Shown here piece after piece: positions 25,698 to 35,615 of a DNA stretch of 64,000 nucleotides. The notes under the pieces are model-generated. The model worked only from the letters and a program-made list of their open reading frames with translations. It ran no database searches and was not told where the DNA came from. Numbering within the stretch: the first letter of the stretch is position 1; each line of letters starts with the position of its first letter. The stretch is from Deltaproteobacteria bacterium (lineage in GTDB: Bacteria > Myxococcota > Kuafuiibacteriia > Kuafuiibacteriales > Kuafuiibacteriaceae). The translations under genes were made by a program, and so were the position numbers. The stretch lies in NCBI GenBank assembly GCA_040218735.1, contig JAVJQW010000023.1, positions 320,001-384,000 on the forward strand, given 5' to 3'.

Positions 25698-26820
25698 CGA
25701 GCCCACCCAGCCACGCGCTGGCCGCGCGGACCGACGCGTAGGTCGTACGCATGACGCCGAAGTGGATCGAACGGACCGCGCGCGTCGCCGGCGCGAGGGG
25801 TTCGATCGCCTCGATGACGTCGTAGGGGCGGGCCGCGATCGCCTCGTGCGCGGTTTGGATCGTGGTCGTCCCCGCGCCGACGGCATCCGCAACGATCGAA
25901 ACGTAGGGGGACAGCTTTCGAGGCGACGCGTCGACGGGTCGCGGCGTGTTCACCGGTGCGTCCCGCGGGGGGCCGCAGCGAGCGGCGATCCACGCGTAGA
26001 CGTCGGCGTGGTGCGCGAGCGTGAGGTGCGCGAGGCCCGGGAACACGCCGACCCGCTCCGACTCGAGCCCGGCCGATGCGCTGTCGAGGCGGACGAGGCC
26101 GTCCCCGAGCGCAAACGCGGCGACCGCGCCCCGCAGCGTTCCGCCGACGGCGTAGTGTTCGATGCGCGGGTCGAGCGGCACCTCGGCGCCGCCTTCGACG
26201 AGGTCGCCGCGCCGTAGGTCGCGCACGGCGGCGCTCCGCAGCTCGGCGACCTCGGCGACGGCGTTCACGACGGGTTCGTCGACGACGTCGAGTGCGGCGG
26301 CCACCAAGTGCCCGACGCGAGCGACCGGCGAGCCGAGGTGCGGCGAACCGACGTAGAACGCGCAACGCACCCGACTCGACCACGTGTGCTCCGCGCCGTA
26401 GTGGCACGCGCTACGAATGACGAGGCCGCCGAGGCTGTGCCCGATGAGGGTCAGCGACTCAATCGGTGCGTCGGCGTTCGTCACGAGGTCTTCGAGGAGG
26501 CCAGCGAGCGCGAGGCCGTTCTCGAAGATGGGCAGGCCCGTGTTGTAGCGGACGTAGAGCGGAGTCAGGTGAAGGTCGCGCGCGAGGAGGCGCCCATAGT
26601 CGAGCTCTGGCTCGCCGGGGAAGCTCCAGCAACGCTCGTTGCAGCCGAGGCCGTGCACGAACACGACGACGTGTTGGGCGCCCTCCGCCGGCGCGGTCGC
26701 GCGTGCGCCGCGATCGTAGAACGCCATGTCGATCGCGAGCGGACTGCCGCGCTCGGCGAGGGTGTCGCCTAAGGCGGCGTTGAGCGCGGCGTCACCCGCG
26801 TCGATCCACGCGCCGCTCAC
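25654..26820 (-). CDS. alpha/beta hydrolase (PGAP1/lipase-like)
   Basis: VHGLG, RYNTGL, GHSLGG, GSPHLGS, GDGLV. Confidence 0.85.
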   Translation of the reverse strand: MSGAWIDAGDAALNAALGDTLAERGSPLAIDMAFYDRGARATAPAEGAQHVVVFVHGLGCNERCWSFPGEPELDYGRLLARDLHLTPLYVRYNTGLPIFENGLALAGLLEDLVTNADAPIESLTLIGHSLGGLVIRSACHYGAEHTWSSRVRCAFYVGSPHLGSPVARVGHLVAAALDVVDEPVVNAVAEVAELRSAAVRDLRRGDLVEGGAEVPLDPRIEHYAVGGTLRGAVAAFALGDGLVRLDSASAGLESERVGVFPGLAHLTLAHHADVYAWIAARCGPPRDAPVNTPRPVDASPRKLSPYVSIVADAVGAGTTTIQTAHEAIAARPYDVIEAIEPLAPATRAVRSIHFGVMRTTYASVRAASAWLGGLVRPTRAPAGSRDRR

Positions 26821-27590
26821 GACGACACCTCTTCCAGCGCGTCGGCGTGCTCGGGGATGAGCTGCGCGTGATCGATGTCGAGCGCGCCGAGCGCCGCGAG
26901 GGCACGGACGGCGACGAACCCGAGGTCGACTTCGGACCTTCGGTAGGAGAACCGCGCGGAGCGAGGGAACGCGTGGTGGTTGTTCTGGAAGCCCTCGCCG
27001 AAGATCAACCAGGCCGCGAGGGTGTTGTTCCGCGAGTTGTCCGGCGTGTCGAAGTTCCGGCCGCCCACGGCGTGACCGAGCGCGTTGACGATCCAGCCCT
27101 GGAGGGGGTGGCTCATCATCCCGGCGAAGTAGGCGAGGCCGAGCATCCAGGTGCCGAACGCGATCGCGAGGCCGAGCGCGACCAGGGCGTGCACGACGTA
27201 GGGGAGGAACCAGATCCGACGGCGGTTCAGCCAGTGCGTCGGGAAGTCGAGATCCGGCACGTGCGCGGTGTAGTCCGGGTTCCCCTTGGCGAGGCCGACC
27301 AGCGTGCGCTCATAGGACTCGAGCTGGCCGAGCAGCACCCCGAACAGCCCGAACGTGACCGGGCTGTGCGGGTCGTCCGACGTGTCGGAGAAGGCATGAT
27401 GGCGCCGGTGCATGCAGACCCAGCCCTTGGGGTCGAGCCCGGTGATCCAAATGCCGCCGCGCACCACGAGGCGGCGCAGCCACGGGCGAAGCTCTACGGC
27501 CCCGTGGGCCAACCCGCGGTGGTAGAAGACGGTGATCGTGACGACGTTGAGCAGATAGGCAGCGGCAAAGACGACGAGACAGAGCAACAA
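26817..27590 (-). CDS. fatty acid desaturase (delta-9 type)
   Basis: His boxes YHRGLAH, HRRHH, QNNHH; DPHSP. Confidence 0.9.
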   Translation of the reverse strand: MLLCLVVFAAAYLLNVVTITVFYHRGLAHGAVELRPWLRRLVVRGGIWITGLDPKGWVCMHRRHHAFSDTSDDPHSPVTFGLFGVLLGQLESYERTLVGLAKGNPDYTAHVPDLDFPTHWLNRRRIWFLPYVVHALVALGLAIAFGTWMLGLAYFAGMMSHPLQGWIVNALGHAVGGRNFDTPDNSRNNTLAAWLIFGEGFQNNHHAFPRSARFSYRRSEVDLGFVAVRALAALGALDIDHAQLIPEHADALEEVSS

Positions 27591-27606
27591 GGGACACCTC
27601 CTAAGC

Positions 27607-27633
27607 TACGACACCGTAACTTACGGTGTCGTA
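27607..27633. promoter_or_regulatory. perfect 13-bp inverted repeat, probable TetR operator
   Basis: TACGACACCGTAA-C-TTACGGTGTCGTA between the divergent desaturase and TetR genes. Confidence 0.75.
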
Positions 27634-27662
27634 ACCTACGGAGGCGTAGTAAAGGTGTCAAG

Positions 27663-28319
27663 ATGGCGAGCAAGAAAAGGCTCTCGGCCTCCGCGCGGCG
27701 CGCGCAGCTGATCGAGGTAGGCCGGACGGTCTTCGCAGAGCGCGGGTACGAAGCGACGTCCGTGGAGATCCTGGCGGAGCGCGCGGGGGTGTCGAAGCCC
27801 ATCCTCTACGAGCACTTCGGCGGGAAGGAGGGGCTCTACGCCGTCATCGTCGACCGCGAGATCGAGCACGTGGTGTCGTTGATCTCGGCGTCGATCGCAG
27901 AGGGCTCACCCCGCGAGCGCGTGGAAGCCGCCGCACTCGCGTTCCTCACCTACGTCGAGCAACACCCGAACGGGTTCGCCGTCCTCGCGCACGACGCCCC
28001 CGCGGCGGCGCGCGGGACGAACATGACGAGCCTGCTGAACGAAGTCGCCGAGCGCGTGGGCGTGGTGTTCGCGGAGACGTTCAAGGCGGCGGGGTACAAC
28101 GCCAAGACCGCGCCGATCTACGCGCACGCGTTGGTGGGAATGGTCACGTTCGTCGGTCAGTGGTGGACGGAGGCCCGCGGTCCGAGCGTGGAGAAGGTCG
28201 CGAGCCACATCGCGGGGCTCGCGTGGATGGGGCTTCGGCACCTCCCCAAGAAACCCGCGGCGATCCCGCGCGAGCGCGTCAAGGCCGCGCGCGCGATCGC
28301 GCGCCGAGACGATCGGTGA
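27663..28319 (+). CDS. TetR/AcrR family transcriptional regulator
   Basis: FAERGYEATSVEILAERAGVSKPILYEHFGGKEGLY. Confidence 0.93.
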   Translation: MASKKRLSASARRAQLIEVGRTVFAERGYEATSVEILAERAGVSKPILYEHFGGKEGLYAVIVDREIEHVVSLISASIAEGSPRERVEAAALAFLTYVEQHPNGFAVLAHDAPAAARGTNMTSLLNEVAERVGVVFAETFKAAGYNAKTAPIYAHALVGMVTFVGQWWTEARGPSVEKVASHIAGLAWMGLRHLPKKPAAIPRERVKAARAIARRDDR

Positions 28320-28322
28320 TGG

Positions 28323-29366
28323 TCAGCAGAACCAGCGGGTGAGCATCGCGCCCGCGAGCTTCGTCGCAGGGAGCGGCATCTTCTTCCACATCTTCTTCAG
28401 CGTCCCGTACCCCTCGTAGAGGTCCTCGTACGAAGGGGGCGTCGCGCCGAGGGCGTAGACGTAGGAGCTGAGCGGGCGCGCGGTGGCGTTGAAACCTTCC
28501 TTGAACTTCAGGACGTGCGTCTGGGACTGGAGCGAGATACCCAGGTTGAGGACGTCGTAACCCGCCGACTTGCCCCACTCCATCGTGCTCCACACGAGGC
28601 CCTTCCCGATTCCGGTGCGGACGTGGTCGGGCATGACGACGGCCTGCTTCGAGAAGATCGTCTTGTGGTGGCAGAGGAGGAACGCGCCCGCGATGACTTC
28701 GCCGTCGAGGCGCGCGAGGCGGACCTTGGCTTTGGTCGGGAGATTCAGGAACAGGTTCTCGAAGATCGCCCACCCGAGCCCGATAGCCGCGAACTCACGC
28801 TGGAGGAACTCGAACATCTCGTAGAAGGTTCGCCACTCCGCGAGGGAAGTCGCCTCGCGGATCTCGATGCCGAGGCGGTTCACGCGGTTGAGATCCTGTC
28901 GGTGGCCGCGGTGAATCGTCGACCGGGTGACTTCGTGCATCCGGATGACGCTGTCGAAGGTACCGCCGTGGCGTTCGTCGAAGCCGGCCGAAGTCATCCG
29001 GGCGTCGTTCGCCGGTCCGCGGATCTCGACGAACTTGGCGTCGGCGGCGCGACCCATCTCGATCGCGGCCTCCAGCAACGCCTTGAACACGTCGTCGTCG
29101 TTCGCCAACGGCGGTCCGGCGCTCGCCTGGTACGGGCACGCGATGAGTTTGGCGCCGAGGACGGGGAGCTTCACCAACATCATCGGGAGCACCCCTGCGA
29201 TGCGGTCCTCGTCGTCGTACGCGACGAGCAGACGTTTGTCGTGACCGTAGGTGTCGGCGAGGACGTCGTACCAGGCGTGGTGGTGGTAGAGCGTCGCGTC
29301 GTCGAAGCCGGTGACGAAGGCGTCCCATTCCCTCGCGCGGCGGTCGGAGAGGAGCGTGATGTTCAT
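28323..29366 (-). CDS. FemAB-like GNAT protein
   Basis: WDAFV..ATLYHHHAW, KFVEIRG, LNLGIS, KFKEGFNA; ATG at 29366. Confidence 0.8.
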   Translation of the reverse strand: MNITLLSDRRAREWDAFVTGFDDATLYHHHAWYDVLADTYGHDKRLLVAYDDEDRIAGVLPMMLVKLPVLGAKLIACPYQASAGPPLANDDDVFKALLEAAIEMGRAADAKFVEIRGPANDARMTSAGFDERHGGTFDSVIRMHEVTRSTIHRGHRQDLNRVNRLGIEIREATSLAEWRTFYEMFEFLQREFAAIGLGWAIFENLFLNLPTKAKVRLARLDGEVIAGAFLLCHHKTIFSKQAVVMPDHVRTGIGKGLVWSTMEWGKSAGYDVLNLGISLQSQTHVLKFKEGFNATARPLSSYVYALGATPPSYEDLYEGYGTLKKMWKKMPLPATKLAGAMLTRWFC

Positions 29367-31045
29367 CCTTGGCCTCGCTTCGCGTAGATGCGGATCGGCG
29401 GATTCACCACCGGGTAGTCGAGCTTCGGCCGCTGCACCCAGGGGAACAGCGAAGGCGTCTGAAACAGCTGCACGCGATCCCACCCCAGCGCGCCGGACTC
29501 GAGGTCGCGGAACGTCTGCGGCGGGCACGTGTGGTGGAAGGGCCCGTGTTTCGCGGCGTGGTCCGGCATCAACACGATGAACTTCGGCGGGTCCTCGTCC
29601 CAACGCTTCTTGATGCGCGCCTGCATCTCCGGGCCGTCCGGCGCCTTCTTGTGAAACGACAAGTGCGGCGCTGCGCGCGTCGACTCCACGCCGACCGGGA
29701 GCGGCGGCAGCTTCTCCGTGCCGCCGAAGTGATCGACACGATCGCCGGCGGCCAATCGCGGCGCGAGCCACTCCGCCGCCGCGTAGCGCGAGTCGTTCAA
29801 CATCGCGTGCGTGAGATCGGCCCCGCGAAGACCGCCCCACGCGAACGCCACCGCCGTCGCGGCGAGCACGGCGTAGGTGACGGGCTTCCTGGCGTCGAGC
29901 GCCCACCGCACGGCGTAGCCCCCCGCGACCGCGAACACCACGGACACCGGGAGCATCATGCGGAGCGTCGAGATCGAGAGTCGCGACGCCGACAGCAGCA
30001 GATAGAGGACCGCGGTACCGACGAGGATCAACGCGACACCGTCGCGACGACGGATCATTACGCCAACGCCGAGGGCGATCACGGCGAGGCCCGTCCAGGT
30101 GTGCGTACCGGCGAGGTGTTTCAGGTAGTCGACCGCAAGGCCGAAGTACCCCGCGAGGTTCTGCTCGCGGAGGACGTGGTCGGCCTGCCCGCTCGCGTAG
30201 AGCTCGGCGAGCTGCGCGTGGAACTCGAGGTGCGCGAAGTAGCGGCTGGGTTCGATGAACAACCCACTCCCGAATCCGAACGCGAGGACGCCAGCCACCG
30301 CGGTCGCGACGTCGGGCCGGCGGTACCAAGCGACGCCCGCCCCGCCCCGCTTGTACTGAAAGTAGATCAACGCGATCGGGATCAGCGGAAACATGCTGTA
30401 ACACGCCTCCTTGGTACCGAGCCCGAAACCCATCGCCGCCCCGAGCAGGAGCCCCCGCCGCGCCGTGATCCCCTCCTTCATCATCCAGACGAAACTCATC
30501 AACGCGAGCGCAACGAAGAAGGTCATCGGGACGTCCACGTTCCCGCTGCGCGCGTAATAGAAGTATGGGTACGCCGTGACGATGAACCCTGCCGCCGCGA
30601 GCCCCGCCCTTTCGTCCCACAGCAGCTTCGCCGTGCGGAACACACAGAGCGCGATGCCCACGCCGAGTAACACGGTCAGGAAGTGCGCGAGACCCGTGAG
30701 GACCTTGAGCGCTCGCACCGGGTCCTTCAGCCCGAAGGGGTACTCACCCGAGACCTTCTCGAAGTCACCCGAGACGACGAGGTAGCCCAGGTACGGCGCG
30801 TACATGCCCGCCGCCATGAACGAGTACATCAACGGGTAGCCGAGGTTTCGATCCTTCTTCGGTTGGATGATGTTGTGCAGCTCGGCGAGCGGGCCGAGCG
30901 GTGTCTCGTCGTCCGTGCCCCAAGAGAGCTTTCGGTCCGGCGCCGTGGCGGTCGGCGCCCCCCACCAGAACGCTGGCGTGAACGCGAGCAACGCGGCGAC
31001 GGCGACCCCCGCGGCCGCCGGCGAGATGCGCGAGAGGAGCTTCAT
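29363..31045 (-). CDS. GT39 (ArnT/PMT-like) membrane glycosyltransferase
   Basis: WGTDDE, GYPLMYS, multi-TM, NVDVP, GTKE; ATG at 31045. Confidence 0.75.
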   Translation of the reverse strand: MKLLSRISPAAAGVAVAALLAFTPAFWWGAPTATAPDRKLSWGTDDETPLGPLAELHNIIQPKKDRNLGYPLMYSFMAAGMYAPYLGYLVVSGDFEKVSGEYPFGLKDPVRALKVLTGLAHFLTVLLGVGIALCVFRTAKLLWDERAGLAAAGFIVTAYPYFYYARSGNVDVPMTFFVALALMSFVWMMKEGITARRGLLLGAAMGFGLGTKEACYSMFPLIPIALIYFQYKRGGAGVAWYRRPDVATAVAGVLAFGFGSGLFIEPSRYFAHLEFHAQLAELYASGQADHVLREQNLAGYFGLAVDYLKHLAGTHTWTGLAVIALGVGVMIRRRDGVALILVGTAVLYLLLSASRLSISTLRMMLPVSVVFAVAGGYAVRWALDARKPVTYAVLAATAVAFAWGGLRGADLTHAMLNDSRYAAAEWLAPRLAAGDRVDHFGGTEKLPPLPVGVESTRAAPHLSFHKKAPDGPEMQARIKKRWDEDPPKFIVLMPDHAAKHGPFHHTCPPQTFRDLESGALGWDRVQLFQTPSLFPWVQRPKLDYPVVNPPIRIYAKRGQG

Positions 31046-31617
31046 CCGAGGCGCACGATCACCAAGAGCAGGACACTCACGACCATGCTCACCGCGAGGA
31101 GGATGCCGCCCACGCGGCGCTCCCGGTTCCGCTTGAACCACATCCACACGCCGGTGAGGGACACGACGATCAGGAACGCGGACATCAGCCCGACGAACGC
31201 CCCCCACGCGGAGAGCAGCGGGTCGTCGTGCCACATCCCTCCGGTGTGGTGCATCTTGTCGATCATCTCCCAGAACCCACCGCTCTTGGTCGACACGACG
31301 GCGCTCCGAGAGGTGACGTCGTACTTCACGCGGTGCTCGGTCCCCGGTCGCTTCACCATGAATGCGATGCCGGTCGAGCTGGTCTCGACGTCGAAGAGAT
31401 CCCCGCGCATGTCTCCGCGTTCGCGGATCGCCGTCACGAGCGCGCGCGGATCCGTCGGCGGGTCGGTGAGCTCGACCTTGGTCTCGACCGAGGTCGGGGA
31501 CGACCACTTGAAGAGGAAGTAGTGTCCCATTCGGAAGGCGCTCGCCGCGTAGACGAACATGAAGGCCGCGATGGCGAGCCCGAGGGCGAGGTGAATGTTG
31601 CGGAGGAGCTGATACAT
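31042..31617 (-). CDS. PepSY-associated TM domain protein
   Basis: LRNIHLALGL, DKMHH, SLTGVWMW. Confidence 0.75.
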   Translation of the reverse strand: MYQLLRNIHLALGLAIAAFMFVYAASAFRMGHYFLFKWSSPTSVETKVELTDPPTDPRALVTAIRERGDMRGDLFDVETSSTGIAFMVKRPGTEHRVKYDVTSRSAVVSTKSGGFWEMIDKMHHTGGMWHDDPLLSAWGAFVGLMSAFLIVVSLTGVWMWFKRNRERRVGGILLAVSMVVSVLLLVIVRLG

Positions 31618-32192
31618 CAGGACATCGCCACGTAGAAATAGACGAGCGCGCCCGTGCCCGCCGCCAGACTCAAACCGGCCCACCACAGCTTCGGGCGCGT
31701 CACCGCCCAGAGGTACACGCCGCTCAGCGCGAGGAACGCGAGGCCGAAGATCGCGAGCTCCATGTACACCGACCAGATCCACGCGAAGATGGCGCGTTTC
31801 CCGAGCGGCAGGTGCGTGTGCATCTGGTTGACGTACTCACCGAACCCGAACTCATCGATGGTGACTTCGGCCTCGCCGCCCCCTTGGTAGCGAACCGTGA
31901 CGTAGCCGTTCGGGCTCCACAGGGGGATCGTCAGGACGCCGTCCGTGCGATCGATCGCCCAGTGCGGAACGGGTTTGCTCTGGAAGAAGCCGAACTGCTC
32001 TCGGATCAGCTGGGCGATCTCGGCGTCGGACGCGCCCTCGGGCGGGTTGAAGGGGAGCGTCTTCACCACCGGCGCTTTCTCGCGCGGGTCGGACTTGTTC
32101 ATGACGTGGAGCCCGGAGAGCGACGACACCAGGAGCGCCACGAGGATCACGAGGCCCGAGTAGATGTGCAGTGTTCGGATGAGTGTGACCAT
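31617..32192 (-). CDS. PepSY-associated TM domain protein (paralog)
   Basis: IRTLHIYSGL, NQMH, ALSGVYLW. Confidence 0.75.
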   Translation of the reverse strand: MVTLIRTLHIYSGLVILVALLVSSLSGLHVMNKSDPREKAPVVKTLPFNPPEGASDAEIAQLIREQFGFFQSKPVPHWAIDRTDGVLTIPLWSPNGYVTVRYQGGGEAEVTIDEFGFGEYVNQMHTHLPLGKRAIFAWIWSVYMELAIFGLAFLALSGVYLWAVTRPKLWWAGLSLAAGTGALVYFYVAMS

Positions 32193-34105
32193 CAGCGGTT
32201 GTCCACGAACTCTCTGAACCAGAGCTCGAGCGTGAGCACCGCAAATATCTGCTTCACGATCAAGAACTCCTTTGCGTCCATGCGAGCCCTCAGGGTTCGG
32301 ATGAATTCGGGGCGGAACAACCCGCGGCGACGGATCGCTTCGTCGCTGAGGCAGTCGTCGAACATCTGCTGGAACGCCGCCTGCTGGAAGTACTTCTCCA
32401 CCGGCACGTAGAACGGCATCTTGCGGCGCTTCGCGACGGCCGGCAGCTCGAGCTCCTTCGCCAACCTGCGCAGCGCCCACTTCCCTTCCAACCCGCGCAT
32501 CTTGAGGTGCGTCGGGAGCCGGCGGCAGAGATCGATCAGCCGGTGGTCGAGGAAGGGCACGCGCGCTTCGATCGCGTGCGCCATGCTCATCTTGTCGGTG
32601 CGGAGGAGCATGTTGTCCGGCAGCCAGTGGTCGTAGGAGAGCCCGAGCATCCGCTCGAAGAACGGCTCCTTCAGGCTCACGTCGGAGATGCGTCGCGCCC
32701 CGTCGAACGCCCCCGCCCGCTCGAGCGCGCCGTAGGTCGCGTCGCTGTAGAGGTCGCGCGACTCACGGGTGTCGAACAGCGACATCAAGTGGCGGTACGC
32801 CGGGTCGAGCTGGTCGGGGTTCAAGAGGTCGAGGTAGTCGAGCGCCTTCTGTTTGCCGCGCTCCCCGAGGTACGCCGGGTACTGGAACGCCGTGTTCAGC
32901 ACGGAGATCGGCGCGGCGTCGAGCAGCGGCCTCACGAGCCGTCGCTGCACGGCGCCCGGGACGAAGCGTCGGTACTGCTCCCCGAGCCACAGCACCTTGT
33001 GAAAGAGGTAACCGCCGAGCACCTCGTCGCCGCCCTCGCCGGTCAGCACCACCGTGACCTGCTTCTTCGCCTCGCGCGCGAGCTGGTACATCGGGATCGC
33101 GATCGGATCGCCGAGCGGTTCGTCGGCATGACGAACGATGTCGGGGAGCAACGCGACGTCTTCCGCTCGACACGCGATCTCGGTGTGGGCGCACCCGAGC
33201 TGCCGCGCGGTCTCCGCCGCCGCAGTGAGCTCGTCGTGTTCGTAGTCGAAGCCGACCGAAAACGTCTTCACCGCGCCCGAGCCCTCGCGCGCCATCAGCG
33301 CGACGATGGTGCTGGAGTCGACACCGCCCGACAGGTACGCGCCGAGCGGGACGTCGGCGACGAGACGTCGTCGCACCGCCGCGACGAGCTCGGACTCGAA
33401 TCGCTCGTACAGCTCCTCGGTGTCACCGCGGAGCGGAGCGGCGTCGGGGCGCGGCGACCAGTAGCGACGGATCTCGAAGCGGCCGTCCTCCCACGTGGCG
33501 AAGTGGCCGGCCGGGAGGCGACGAACCTCCTCGAAGATCGTCTTGTGACCGGGGACGTAGCGCAGCGCGAGGTAGTCGTGGATCGCGATCGGGTTGATGG
33601 AGAGCGAAACGTCCCGGTAGCGCAGGACGGCCTTCGTCTCGGAGCCGAACAGCAGGCGTCGACCGTGCTCGAGGTAGTAGAGCGGTTTGATCCCCACGCG
33701 ATCGCGAACGAGGAGGAGGCGCTTCCGCTGGGTGTCCCACAGCGCAAACGCAAACATTCCATTCAAACGATCGAGCGCCGACACCCCCTCGCGTTCGAGC
33801 AGGTGGAGGAGAACTTCGGTGTCCGACTGCGTTTCGAACGGGACACCCTCGGCCTCCAGCTCCTTGCGGAGCTCGCGGTAGTTGTAGATCTCGCCGTTGT
33901 AGACCAGCACGTAGCGCCGATCCGCGGAGTACACCGGCTGGTGCCCACCTTCGATGTCGATGACGGAGAGGCGGCGATGCCCGAGTCCGACGTCCGGGCC
34001 GCGGTGGTAACCCGAGTCGTCGGGGCCGCGGTGCGTGATGCTCTCGGTCATGCGCTCGAGGAGCGCCGCGTCCTCGAAGCCGACGAAGCCTGCGATGCCA
34101 CACAT
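32192..34105 (-). CDS. asnB: asparagine synthase (glutamine-hydrolyzing) family amidotransferase
   Basis: MCGIAG, HRRLSVID, NGEIYN, LSGGVDS, TGEGGDE, EARVPFLD. Confidence 0.93.
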   Translation of the reverse strand: MCGIAGFVGFEDAALLERMTESITHRGPDDSGYHRGPDVGLGHRRLSVIDIEGGHQPVYSADRRYVLVYNGEIYNYRELRKELEAEGVPFETQSDTEVLLHLLEREGVSALDRLNGMFAFALWDTQRKRLLLVRDRVGIKPLYYLEHGRRLLFGSETKAVLRYRDVSLSINPIAIHDYLALRYVPGHKTIFEEVRRLPAGHFATWEDGRFEIRRYWSPRPDAAPLRGDTEELYERFESELVAAVRRRLVADVPLGAYLSGGVDSSTIVALMAREGSGAVKTFSVGFDYEHDELTAAAETARQLGCAHTEIACRAEDVALLPDIVRHADEPLGDPIAIPMYQLAREAKKQVTVVLTGEGGDEVLGGYLFHKVLWLGEQYRRFVPGAVQRRLVRPLLDAAPISVLNTAFQYPAYLGERGKQKALDYLDLLNPDQLDPAYRHLMSLFDTRESRDLYSDATYGALERAGAFDGARRISDVSLKEPFFERMLGLSYDHWLPDNMLLRTDKMSMAHAIEARVPFLDHRLIDLCRRLPTHLKMRGLEGKWALRRLAKELELPAVAKRRKMPFYVPVEKYFQQAAFQQMFDDCLSDEAIRRRGLFRPEFIRTLRARMDAKEFLIVKQIFAVLTLELWFREFVDNR

Positions 34106-34106
34106 G

Positions 34107-35540
34107 TCAGCTCGGCCCCTTCGGCGTCGGGATGTAACACGCACGAACGCCGCCGCCGCGCAGGGTTCCCGGGAACCACTCGAGCCGCTGACACTCCGCC
34201 TTCACGAAACTCATGAGATCGGCGTTCACGTGCTTGATGTAGTCCGGGAACATGTACAGGAGCCACACGCCGTCGTGCCCTTCGGCGCGTTCGAGGATCT
34301 GCTGCTTGGACCACACCTTGGGCCACGGTCGCCCGTAGTAGCCCTCGTACACGTTGTAGATGATCCCGACGGACGCCACCGTATCGCGCTCGGACTTGTT
34401 CTCCTCGACGTACGCCATCGCGCCTTCGAAGTCCTGCTTGGGCTTCAGGTAGTTGATCGGCACCGACGCCGCCGACGCGACGATCAACACGATCGCCAGC
34501 ACCTCGCCGAGGCGTGGTTTGTTCAGCAACCCACCGAGCCGGAATCCGCCGCGGAGAAAGATCAGGATCGCAAACGCCGCCACGCCGAAGAAGAACCGCG
34601 GGTACACGATGCCCCGACCGGTCATCACGCCGAGCCCGGTGATCACGACCGGCCCGATGAACAGACCAAGCGCGAGTGGGTTGGTCTCGAGGTAGTCGAA
34701 GAATCCCAGCGCTCCGAGCGCGCCCGCGATCAACACGACGACCCCACCGAGGATCGCGATGCCGCCGAACCCTTCCACGAGGCTCATCACCGTCTCGATG
34801 GCCGCCCACAAGGGCGTCGCGAGACCGACCGCTGGCGACGGTTTGTTCACGAAGAAGTCGATGACGTCGGTGAGCATCGGCGCGTGCAGCATCAGCGTCA
34901 CCACCGCTGCACCCGGGAACGCGAGGAGGGGCGCCACCCAACGACGCGCGGGGCGCACGTTACGTATCAAGTAGGGCGCGACGATCGCCGCGTGGCCGAC
35001 CGCCGTGAACACCATCGCGAGGTGCGCGTACGTCCCGAGGCCGCCGACGATCGCGTAGAGGACGAAGAACTTCGGCTGCGGATCGCGCAGACCACGGTGC
35101 ATCAGGTACGTGCACACGATGCTGGCAAGCATGATCGCGGTGTAGCCGCGCGCGTTCTGCGAGAACCAAACGTGGTGATACGAAACCGCGAGGAGCGCGG
35201 CGGAGAGGAAAGCCTCCCGCTTGGACGCGACCTCCGCGCCGAGCTGATAGAGCGCCGGTATGCACGCCGCGCCGAGGAGCGCCGCCCACACCCGAAGCGT
35301 CCACGGCGACTCGCCGAACACGTCCATCGTCGCGCGGGCGAGCAGGCTGTACAGCGGGTGTTGGTTGTTGCTGTAGAAGTGCGTGAACAGGTCTTCGAGC
35401 GGCTTGCGCACGTAGCGCACGAGGGAGAGGACCTCGTCGGTCCACAGCTGGCTGTCGAGCGCGATGAAACGCAAGACGAGTGCGACGAGCGTCAGCCCGA
35501 TCACCCACGATCGCGTCACGTTCCAGTCCCGGTCGTCCAA
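34107..35540 (-). CDS. GT39 (PMT/ArnT-like) membrane glycosyltransferase
   Basis: LWTDE, NQHPLYS, FSQNARGY, multi-TM. Confidence 0.85.
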   Translation of the reverse strand: MDDRDWNVTRSWVIGLTLVALVLRFIALDSQLWTDEVLSLVRYVRKPLEDLFTHFYSNNQHPLYSLLARATMDVFGESPWTLRVWAALLGAACIPALYQLGAEVASKREAFLSAALLAVSYHHVWFSQNARGYTAIMLASIVCTYLMHRGLRDPQPKFFVLYAIVGGLGTYAHLAMVFTAVGHAAIVAPYLIRNVRPARRWVAPLLAFPGAAVVTLMLHAPMLTDVIDFFVNKPSPAVGLATPLWAAIETVMSLVEGFGGIAILGGVVVLIAGALGALGFFDYLETNPLALGLFIGPVVITGLGVMTGRGIVYPRFFFGVAAFAILIFLRGGFRLGGLLNKPRLGEVLAIVLIVASAASVPINYLKPKQDFEGAMAYVEENKSERDTVASVGIIYNVYEGYYGRPWPKVWSKQQILERAEGHDGVWLLYMFPDYIKHVNADLMSFVKAECQRLEWFPGTLRGGGVRACYIPTPKGPS

Positions 35541-35615
35541 CGCTGCCCCGGACTACCGCCGTCCGGGGTTGGTGTCCAACCTGACCCGCGGGTGCGTTTC
35601 GAGTACCGTCGCGGC

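Noticed and set aside
29367-31507. Long N-terminal extensions of ORFs 28323..30620 and 29363..31507
   Set aside because: They overlap real same-strand genes in other frames; coupled ATG starts exist at 29366 and 31045
34035-35615. 815 aa plus-strand ORF as a fusion protein
   Set aside because: The upstream part is antisense to the GT39 gene; only 35616..36482 is the gluconolactonase
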